DNA of 64,000 nt from positions 124,001 to 188,000 of the IMG/VR virus record IMGVR_UViG_3300042549_005931. One strand, given 5' to 3'. The notes under the pieces were generated by a model that was given only the letters and a program-made list of their open reading frames with translations, was not told the origin of the DNA and made no database searches. The translations under genes and the position numbers were made by a program. Positions 19,788-27,923 of the stretch are shown here, piece after piece. Numbering within the stretch: the first letter of the stretch is position 1; each line of letters begins with the position of its first letter.

Positions 19788-22715
19788 TTAGATATTCTCG
19801 AATGATGCTCCTGTTGGAGTAATGATGAATTCTAAGTCAATAAATTCAAGTGCTCTCGTTGGCTTGATATAAATCTTACCTCTTAAAGTATTTGCATCAA
19901 TGTCCTCAGGGTCATTAGATACTGTAACTTTGAATTCATTTAAACCTCTTTCTTTCTTAATTGAATCCAAGATAGGATTAACCAATCTCAAGAACTCATT
20001 TCTTACTTGTTCGTCATTTTGTTCGAATAGTAATCTAACTGCTACTGCTGAAATTAACTTTCTTGCTCTTAACAATAATCTTCTTACGTTGATTCTGTCT
20101 AATGCAGATTCTTTAACTTGTAAAGTTTTGTTACCCCAAATGATTGTACCTGTATCAGCAAATGTTGCGATAGGGTTAATTCTATTTTTGTATAACTCAT
20201 CTCTTTCATCAAGTGTTAATTTTTTAGTTGCTTTGATTGCATTTACTAAACCTCTTGAATAACCTGCCGGTGCAAACCAAGGATACGCTACGTTATCTGT
20301 CAACGCGATGTTCTTTAATACTTCACCTGTTGGTGGGATGTAAAGTTGTGTTGAGTTATCAGTATCTTTTATTTGAACCCAAGGCCAATATGTTGCTGAA
20401 TAATTAGAGTCAATTGACATATTATCTAATTCACTTGCAATATCATCAGCGGTTGTGATATATTCAGGACCCGGAGCGTTTATTACGTATAATGAATCAG
20501 CTCTATCGTTTTCCACCATATCAATCGCATTAGAAACTAATGAACCATGATTTGACCAATCGATACCCGGTGTTGCGAATAAGTTAATATCAACAGCTTC
20601 AGGATTAGAGAATGTTTGAATACCTTGTAAGTAAGCGTAGTAGTCTGAGTTAGGTGAACCATCGGTGGTTACCTTAAACACACCACCATTATCAGTATTA
20701 CCACTTGTGTAAGTCGCTCTACCTAAAACAAATGCATCTGTATTTGTTCTTGTGTTTCTATAGATATCCCAACCATCAAATCCACCAAACAATGCAAATG
20801 TAAATTTACGATAATTGATATTTGTTAATTTATTATCTGTACCTGTTTGACCTTCTAAATCGTATGGTGTTGTTTGGAACTCAAATGATGGTATTGTATT
20901 ACCAGTAGCCTCACCTATTGTTGCTGCGTTAGATGATAAATGGAAACCATAAGTTACCGTATCCCCACTTACTCCTTTGAATTTCAATAAGTCACTATCA
21001 AATCCAACCTGTGTAGACAATCCTAACATTACCTTTTTAACTTTATCTCCACTTGTAGTATTTGGTACACCTGATGTACTGTAACCTGTTACATCACCCG
21101 CATCATAATATTGTGTTTTAAAAAGTACACTACCTAATGTATTACCATTATCATTGGTGAATGAACTAAAACCCTTGAAACCTGCCGGTATTGCATCTGT
21201 TGGATGATTGTCAGCTAAAATAATTGATACATATTTTGAACGTAATTCATAATCACCATCCGAAGTACCAATTTTTCTACCAATATAGCCGGTCGCCTCA
21301 GGATTCATTGAACATCTTGAATATTTCTCTAATACCACCATATTTTCGTCGGTATCACCATAATCACGAATTAATAAATCAAATTCCGCCGTGTCTAAAT
21401 TAATGTTAATTACAGAAATTTTCAATTGGAAGTTAGCGTCTTCACCATCTGAAATAGTTTGTAATTGGAATAAATCGGATACATTTCCACCACGTACCTC
21501 AGATACAACCATTGGTGATACAGTAGTATCCCACTCAGTTGCAAAATTACTTGTCTCAGAAGTATCTGTTAAAGATGAAACATCTAAACCTCTAATATAT
21601 CCTTTTTCAAAAGCGGTTGCCAATAATTTTGGATAAACTTCGTGTACATATAACGGGAAATCAGAAGCCGATTTATCGAATACTTTTCCACCTAATACTT
21701 TCTTAATGTATTTTGAAGATGATGTGTCTAATGAACATACGAATGAAGTTCCACCCGTAACGGTTGCCCCTGTTACGTTAATTACAAACTCACCTAATGG
21801 ATTAGTTGATAAATCAAAACCCGTATTATCAGAAATCGATACTTGAGTTGAACCAGTAACTTCAAGATTTAATTGTTGGGTAACACCATATGAACCACGT
21901 GGTCTTAATGCCGTAACAACAATTCCATCATAATCTGTATTTAAAACCGCATCAAATGAAAATCTTGTTACGTTAAAAATATTAGCACCACTACTCCATT
22001 CAAATAAGTATGAATAAACCGTGTCAGTACCATCGTTATATGTGTTATACCAGTTTTTATTATATGTTGATGATGCATAATTTGCACCCGTCATTGGTGA
22101 TACCACTTCAGTACCTGTCGGAATTTCAGCAGTTGGGATAACCCCAATTGCAAACCATAGACCAGTATTACCTGTTAGACCACTATATGTTTCATAAATG
22201 TAGTCAGTTACGGTACTACCATCAAAAGCCATCTTAGTTGAAAGTTCAGCATAATATGTACTACCTGTAAATCCTGATAATGGATTTGGGTCCATATTTT
22301 CAGTTACACCTGTAATCACATTATCCAACCATTGGTCTTCCAACGTCGCACCTGTTGCAACTACCGGTGAAAATCCACCTAATGTTGTGATACCTAAAGT
22401 AATATTAGGTTTATATCCAGTTAAACCAAGTACTCTTGTTACGAATAATTGATTTGACTCTTGTAAATAAGATTTTGCTACGTAAGGTAACTCATATTTT
22501 GGATTGTTGTTTCCGAATTTCTCAGGAGACGTTCCACCAAAATAAGTTTTGAATTCGTCGAAATTAGAAATTAAAATTGGTTCAAATGCTGGACCTTTTA
22601 ATGTCTCACCAACTAATCCCAATGTTGTTACTCCGACACTTTGCGCTACGAATGTTAAGTCTTTCTCGGATGTATAAACACCGGGAGAAACGAATACTCT
22701 GTTTGAATTTGCCAT
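19788..22715 (-). CDS. tail sheath protein (T4 gp18-like)
   Basis: VSPGVYTSEKDL N-terminus; YSATYWPW, WFAPAG..RG, WGNKTL, RINVRRLL, FEQND C-terminal domain. Confidence 0.96.
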   Translation of the reverse strand: MANSNRVFVSPGVYTSEKDLTFVAQSVGVTTLGLVGETLKGPAFEPILISNFDEFKTYFGGTSPEKFGNNNPKYELPYVAKSYLQESNQLFVTRVLGLTGYKPNITLGITTLGGFSPVVATGATLEDQWLDNVITGVTENMDPNPLSGFTGSTYYAELSTKMAFDGSTVTDYIYETYSGLTGNTGLWFAIGVIPTAEIPTGTEVVSPMTGANYASSTYNKNWYNTYNDGTDTVYSYLFEWSSGANIFNVTRFSFDAVLNTDYDGIVVTALRPRGSYGVTQQLNLEVTGSTQVSISDNTGFDLSTNPLGEFVINVTGATVTGGTSFVCSLDTSSSKYIKKVLGGKVFDKSASDFPLYVHEVYPKLLATAFEKGYIRGLDVSSLTDTSETSNFATEWDTTVSPMVVSEVRGGNVSDLFQLQTISDGEDANFQLKISVININLDTAEFDLLIRDYGDTDENMVVLEKYSRCSMNPEATGYIGRKIGTSDGDYELRSKYVSIILADNHPTDAIPAGFKGFSSFTNDNGNTLGSVLFKTQYYDAGDVTGYSTSGVPNTTSGDKVKKVMLGLSTQVGFDSDLLKFKGVSGDTVTYGFHLSSNAATIGEATGNTIPSFEFQTTPYDLEGQTGTDNKLTNINYRKFTFALFGGFDGWDIYRNTRTNTDAFVLGRATYTSGNTDNGGVFKVTTDGSPNSDYYAYLQGIQTFSNPEAVDINLFATPGIDWSNHGSLVSNAIDMVENDRADSLYVINAPGPEYITTADDIASELDNMSIDSNYSATYWPWVQIKDTDNSTQLYIPPTGEVLKNIALTDNVAYPWFAPAGYSRGLVNAIKATKKLTLDERDELYKNRINPIATFADTGTIIWGNKTLQVKESALDRINVRRLLLRARKLISAVAVRLLFEQNDEQVRNEFLRLVNPILDSIKKERGLNEFKVTVSNDPEDIDANTLRGKIYIKPTRALEFIDLEFIITPTGASFENI

Positions 22716-22759
22716 TGATTAATGTTTGGTTAAAATTTTTTTATTAGTTTTATTATAAA

Positions 22760-22839
22760 TATCTTTGTTTTTACCAAAGATTTCGATACTTTTCACATAA
22801 AAGATAGTAAATTATCTTTTTCTATCTTTATTTATCTTT
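22760..22839. promoter_or_regulatory. TATCTTT operator-like array between the divergent sheath and RHH genes
   Basis: TATCTTT at 22760, 22813, 22823 and 22833; inverted copies at 22776-22781 and 22800-22806. Confidence 0.6.
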
Positions 22840-22840
22840 T

Positions 22841-22999
22841 ATGGAAGAAAACAAATCTAAAAACGTAAAAATCAGTGAAAAACACCATGAGATGTTAAAA
22901 AACCACTGTGAAAAAAATGGATTAAAAATTTATAAAGTTTTAGAAAGGTGGATTGAAGATTATTGTAAACCCAAAAAGAAAGATATCTACGGTGATTAG
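22841..22999 (+). CDS. small ribbon-helix-helix DNA-binding protein (52 aa, not in ORF track)
   Basis: MEENKSKNVKISEKHHEMLKNHCEKNGLKIYKVLERWIEDYCKPKKKDIYGD: alternating beta strand, helix, Gly turn, helix; TATTTATC 4 nt before the ATG. Confidence 0.75.
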   Translation: MEENKSKNVKISEKHHEMLKNHCEKNGLKIYKVLERWIEDYCKPKKKDIYGD

Positions 23000-24246
23000 A
23001 ATAAATAAGTTACACCAATTCTTGAACCTAAATAAGGTGCACTTAACAATTTAATATTTCTTATACCATCAATATCATAACCCGAACCTTCCTCTTCTTG
23101 AAGACCGTTAATATCAACTGAAACAATACTATTAATAGGATTATTTAATTCAAATATTAATGATGAACCATCATAATCAAAATATTCCGTTGAAACTTGT
23201 AAAATGTTTCCATAATTGTCTATTACAATTGTATTTTGTCTACCCTTATAATATGTAATTGTCACAGTACTACCATCTGATGGTGGAGTATCAAATGTAA
23301 CTTTAGATGTATATGCAATATGGTAATAATCGACATTTTTTTCTTGTAACAAACCATTAACCGATACACTAAATAAAACACCAATACTTTCACCCACACT
23401 AAATTGTGTCTGAATACCATCGGCGGGAAAACTTACAATTGTTACATCAATATCTCTATTAAGAGATTTTCTCTTAGGTGCACCTTCTCTTGCAAACTCG
23501 TTTAATAAAAAGAATCTACTAATTGCTGGTTTAATTTCAAAATCATCACTATCAATTAAGAAACCTAACATTGTGAATTTGTAATTTTGTACATAATATC
23601 TACGGCCATCTATAGTATCTAATGGTGTACTATCATTAACACTATCTAAAACTATTGGGATATAATGACCTTTTACCGTTGTATACGCTTGACGAGATGA
23701 GAATTTTTGTAAAACTTTTTGATTAAACTTATTCAATTCTCTAAACTTTGTACATACAATTGTTACCTCGAAACTAATATCAACGGCAACAGGTTGTGGT
23801 ATTCTATATATGTCGGCACCAACCTGTGTACCATTCCAAGTTGGAACAGACGCATAAAAGAAAGTATCTCTATCAGGAATTGTTCTTTGTGTTACAGGAT
23901 TTGTACCGGGTTGAACATCAGGTTGTCTAATAATTGCAATAAATGGTAACTTTATATTTCTATCCTCATCAACAAATTCCCAACTATTTTCTAACTCCGC
24001 CCATCTTTGTATGGTTAAAATTTTTGGAATGATTGGTATTTGTTCACCATCTGAAACTATTTTAAAGTTTTCCTTAATGAAATCCAACATACCTAAATCT
24101 AAATCATCATGCAATATAGAATCAGGTAAGAATGTGTCGGATTTAGTTATTCTATCCAATAATTCTTGTCTTCTAACAGGTGCACTGTACACATCTTTGT
24201 TTGCACCATATACTTCTATATTGTTTTTTCTTTTAGGTATTGCCAT
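22996..24246 (-). CDS. tail terminator / sheath stabiliser (gp15-like) with two C-terminal beta repeats
   Basis: KLPFIAI.R and IPQPVAVDISFEVTI patterns; lies between neck and sheath; start reassigned to MAIPK (24246). Confidence 0.65.
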   Translation of the reverse strand: MAIPKRKNNIEVYGANKDVYSAPVRRQELLDRITKSDTFLPDSILHDDLDLGMLDFIKENFKIVSDGEQIPIIPKILTIQRWAELENSWEFVDEDRNIKLPFIAIIRQPDVQPGTNPVTQRTIPDRDTFFYASVPTWNGTQVGADIYRIPQPVAVDISFEVTIVCTKFRELNKFNQKVLQKFSSRQAYTTVKGHYIPIVLDSVNDSTPLDTIDGRRYYVQNYKFTMLGFLIDSDDFEIKPAISRFFLLNEFAREGAPKRKSLNRDIDVTIVSFPADGIQTQFSVGESIGVLFSVSVNGLLQEKNVDYYHIAYTSKVTFDTPPSDGSTVTITYYKGRQNTIVIDNYGNILQVSTEYFDYDGSSLIFELNNPINSIVSVDINGLQEEEGSGYDIDGIRNIKLLSAPYLGSRIGVTYLF

Positions 24247-24247
24247 T

Positions 24248-24760
24248 TTATACTCCTCTAAATTCAGTTTCTTGTGCCGGTGCACATGTTATTGTTCTGT
24301 AGAATGGTTTGTAACCAAACATACTATGTTTTCCATCTGAAACTACTTTACCATCGTTAGTAACTTGATAATATCTTACTCTATCTTCAGATTCTGCGTA
24401 TCCAATAAAATCACCATACTTTATATCTACACCCAATTCTTGTAAATGTTTGATATAAACTGATATTGTAATGTTACCTGGCTCATTAAATTTTATCAAT
24501 CCCGTTTTATATGATTTGTTTGTTGGTGCATCTATTTTAACCAATCCGTTAAATTCAACAGGTGGAAAATATTTGATTTGGTCTTTACCAACCTCACCAT
24601 ACACGTCGTCAGTCGTAGTTCTTGTTGTATCAACACGATATAAAACCAACTTCATATTCAAATCTCCATGTAGATACTCTGAACCCATTTGGACGTTCAA
24701 ATCAAAATCATCATTTGAAAGGAATTTAGATAGTCTTGTGATTGGTAATTTGTTTTCCAT
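24248..24760 (-). CDS. neck / head completion protein (gp14-like)
   Basis: DDVYGE..YFPPVEF and HLQELGVDIKYGDFI patterns; TATTTATA 5 nt before the ATG. Confidence 0.62.
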   Translation of the reverse strand: MENKLPITRLSKFLSNDDFDLNVQMGSEYLHGDLNMKLVLYRVDTTRTTTDDVYGEVGKDQIKYFPPVEFNGLVKIDAPTNKSYKTGLIKFNEPGNITISVYIKHLQELGVDIKYGDFIGYAESEDRVRYYQVTNDGKVVSDGKHSMFGYKPFYRTITCAPAQETEFRGV

Positions 24761-24810
24761 ATCCTTATAAATAGTAGATTTTTACGAACTTATTATTTAT
24801 ATTATAAATT

Positions 24811-26562
24811 ATGGAAATAATGATTCCCGAAATAGAGGCGAGAAATATACTTTTATCATATGAAGGGTCTAATAATCAATTATTAGATTGGAAGAAAAAA
24901 TTCACAGAGCTTAAAAGTTTTAAACTTACACGACCACAATCAGAATATGTACAAAAATATCATACTGTGGTACCAAAGGTTGCAAGAAAATATATTAACA
25001 TTGTGAGTACATTTGGTGAAAAACTTGCCGACGATAAATTACTACCAACAGTACCCGAAAAAATTTGGTGTGAAAAGTTATTATGTGAATCCGATAAGGC
25101 GTATCACATTTGGGGTAAATTATTTGAAAACGAACAACTTAGTGCTATGTGGTTACCAAAGGCCGCTATTATGCAGGAAGAAAAGAAACTAAATCGTGTA
25201 ATTGATTATTCAAAATATGGTAGTCGTCCACCAATGGACCACCAAAAAATTGCCATCGAAAAACTATTAGCAAATAATAAATTCATTTTGGCTGATGACA
25301 TGGGACTTGGTAAAACAACGTCCGCAGTTATTGGAGCTCTTGAGAGTGAAGCAAAAAAGATTTTGATAGTATGTCCCGCTTCATTGAAAATAAACTGGGA
25401 GAGAGAGATTAAGAACTACTCAGACCGACGTGTACTAATTGTCGAAGGACGTAAATGGGGTTCGACATTTGACTTTTATATTATTAACTATGATATCATT
25501 AAAAACTACCACTCGACAGATAATTCTAAAGATAGTGATGACTATAAGTTATTGGTTAATGCCGGTTTTGACTTGGCAATCGTAGATGAAGCTCACTACA
25601 TTTCAAATGCAACCGCAAACAGAACAAGATTGTTAAATGACGTACTTGACCAAATCCCAAAAGTTTGGTTATTAACAGGTACACCTATGACATCAAGGCC
25701 AATTAACTATTTCAACTTATTAAAGATTGTTGAATCTCCGTTAACATTAAATTGGCAATCATATGTTCGTAGATATTGTGCCGGTTATCAATTTAGAGTT
25801 GGTAATCGTAAAGTATGGAATACAAACGGTGCAAGTAATTTAGATGAACTTCGTGAAAGAACAAAGAATTTAGTTCTTCGTAGAATGAAAACTGACATTC
25901 TTGATTTACCTGAAAAAATTGTTACACCGGTATTCGTTGAACTTAATAGTAAAATGTACGATGAGGAATTAGAAGAATTTGCACGTATCACCAATGATAA
26001 AAAGAATGATGAAACCATTACAGTTACATTAAATCGTTTAATGAAAATTAGACAATTAATTTCTTACGAAAAAATTCCATATACTTGTGAAATAATTGAC
26101 AAATGTATTGAACAGGGTAAAAAGGTTATTGTTTTAACCAATTTTACTATGACATTGGATATGTTACATGAGAAATATAAAAAGAACTCAGTAACACTTG
26201 ACGGACGTATGCATAAAGATAAACGTCAGGAAAATGTTGATAGATTTCAAACCGATGATAAAATAAAGGTATTCATAGGAAATATTAAAGCTGCGGGTGT
26301 TGGTATTACATTAACTGCCGCTGAGGTTGTTATTATGAATGACTTATCATTTGTACCTGCAGACCACTCTCAAGGTGAAGATAGAGCGTATAGATATGGA
26401 CAGAAAAATAGTGTACTTGTTTACTATCCTGTATTTGAGAATACTATTGAAAAAATTATCTATAATATTCTACAGAAGAAAAAAGGTGTCATTGACCAAG
26501 TTATGGGTGACGGTGAATATTCTGAAACTTTTGGTAAAGACTTATTAAAGCAACTTATTTAA
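24811..26562 (+). CDS. SNF2-family helicase (HARP/SMARCAL1-like)
   Basis: LADDMGLGKT, VCPASLK.NW, DEAH, LTGTP, GVGITLT and QGEDRAYRYGQ motifs. Confidence 0.93.
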   Translation: MEIMIPEIEARNILLSYEGSNNQLLDWKKKFTELKSFKLTRPQSEYVQKYHTVVPKVARKYINIVSTFGEKLADDKLLPTVPEKIWCEKLLCESDKAYHIWGKLFENEQLSAMWLPKAAIMQEEKKLNRVIDYSKYGSRPPMDHQKIAIEKLLANNKFILADDMGLGKTTSAVIGALESEAKKILIVCPASLKINWEREIKNYSDRRVLIVEGRKWGSTFDFYIINYDIIKNYHSTDNSKDSDDYKLLVNAGFDLAIVDEAHYISNATANRTRLLNDVLDQIPKVWLLTGTPMTSRPINYFNLLKIVESPLTLNWQSYVRRYCAGYQFRVGNRKVWNTNGASNLDELRERTKNLVLRRMKTDILDLPEKIVTPVFVELNSKMYDEELEEFARITNDKKNDETITVTLNRLMKIRQLISYEKIPYTCEIIDKCIEQGKKVIVLTNFTMTLDMLHEKYKKNSVTLDGRMHKDKRQENVDRFQTDDKIKVFIGNIKAAGVGITLTAAEVVIMNDLSFVPADHSQGEDRAYRYGQKNSVLVYYPVFENTIEKIIYNILQKKKGVIDQVMGDGEYSETFGKDLLKQLI

Positions 26563-26761
26563 ACAGAAAGTCTTTTAATTCATTTAAAACACCTTTTAAT
26601 AATTCATTTAAATTTTCATCTTTTGGGTTCCCAATAAAGACTTCAATCTTTTTACCCTCTAAATCAACACTCGCACTATTTTCACCCTCACCCATTTTAT
26701 AGGAGAATTCATAATTGTACCTACCACCAATTTCAAAAAGTTCTATTAATATCTTGTTCAT
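26555..26761 (-). CDS. small hypothetical protein (68 aa)
   Basis: Intact ORF filling the gap; TATATTTA 4 nt before the ATG. Confidence 0.6.
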   Translation of the reverse strand: MNKILIELFEIGGRYNYEFSYKMGEGENSASVDLEGKKIEVFIGNPKDENLNELLKGVLNELKDFLFK

Positions 26762-26798
26762 ATCTTAAATATAAAGTATTTATAAGAATAAATCAATT

Positions 26799-27923
26799 AT
26801 GGCATCATCAATTATTACTACCGAAGAAAAAGATAAGTTATACACTCAAGTGTTTCATTTATTAGGTATGCCTGTTCGTGGTATTGAACTTACCGAAGAA
26901 CAAATGGATACTTTTTTGGAATTATCTTTATCAGAATACGAGCAATACGTATCAGATTGGTTAATCGAATCACAATGGTCCGCACTTGCCGGATTAAACT
27001 TGGACACGGCATCTTTAACACGAGCATTCACAACAAGAAGTTTAGATTATGAAACTCAATTTACACATGCATATTCTAAAATCGTCGGATTACAGACAGG
27101 TGGTGATAGTGAATTGAAAAAAGACTTCTTTACCGTTTCAGGTGGTACACAAACATATATTTTACCTGCAGGTCGTGAAATCAATGAGTTATTATGGTTT
27201 ACACGTGCTGAATTGACAGATTCCATTATTGACCCATTTTTAGGTGGATTTGGTGGTATAGGTGGTGTAGGTTTTGGAGGTATTGGTGGTTTTGCACAAA
27301 TTGGTTCTGCGGGTTCTTATTTTATGATGCCTGCTAACGACCTTTTATTGAGAATGCAAGATAGAAGTATCAAGAATAGATTAATTGGTGGAGATTTAAC
27401 ATATAGAATTACTGCGGGTCCTGAAGGTACCAAAATTGTACACTTATATAATGTGCCGGGTGGTAGATTTGACTTTGGTTCAACACAATCAAACAATTAC
27501 CAAGTTTGGTATTGGTATTATGATACTAACACTAAAGATAGAGATGAGTGTCTTGCTAAAAATAAAGATATTATTAGATTACCATCGGATGTACAAACAG
27601 AAGAATTAAAATGGTCTGACTTAAATCAACCCGCACAAAACTGGGTTAGAAAATATCTTATTGCATATTCCAAAGAAGGTTTAGGTAGAATTTGGGGTAA
27701 ATTCAGTGGAGACCTTAAAGTTCCTGATTCTGAATTAAAATTAGATTACACTTCATTACTTACAGAAGGTAAAGATGAAAAATCTAAATTGGTTGAAGAA
27801 TTAATGGCAAGACTTGAAAGACTTCGCCCCGACAAACTTCTCGAAAGAAAAGGTGCCGAGGCTGAAAATCTTAATAAGTCATTGAAATATAGAGCATTCC
27901 AAACTCCAATTACATCGTTCTAA
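26799..27923 (+). CDS. neck protein / head-tail adaptor (T4 gp13-like)
   Basis: LLGMPVRGIELTEEQMD N-terminus and WVRKYLIAYSKEGLGRIWGKF C-terminal signature. Confidence 0.82.
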   Translation: MASSIITTEEKDKLYTQVFHLLGMPVRGIELTEEQMDTFLELSLSEYEQYVSDWLIESQWSALAGLNLDTASLTRAFTTRSLDYETQFTHAYSKIVGLQTGGDSELKKDFFTVSGGTQTYILPAGREINELLWFTRAELTDSIIDPFLGGFGGIGGVGFGGIGGFAQIGSAGSYFMMPANDLLLRMQDRSIKNRLIGGDLTYRITAGPEGTKIVHLYNVPGGRFDFGSTQSNNYQVWYWYYDTNTKDRDECLAKNKDIIRLPSDVQTEELKWSDLNQPAQNWVRKYLIAYSKEGLGRIWGKFSGDLKVPDSELKLDYTSLLTEGKDEKSKLVEELMARLERLRPDKLLERKGAEAENLNKSLKYRAFQTPITSF

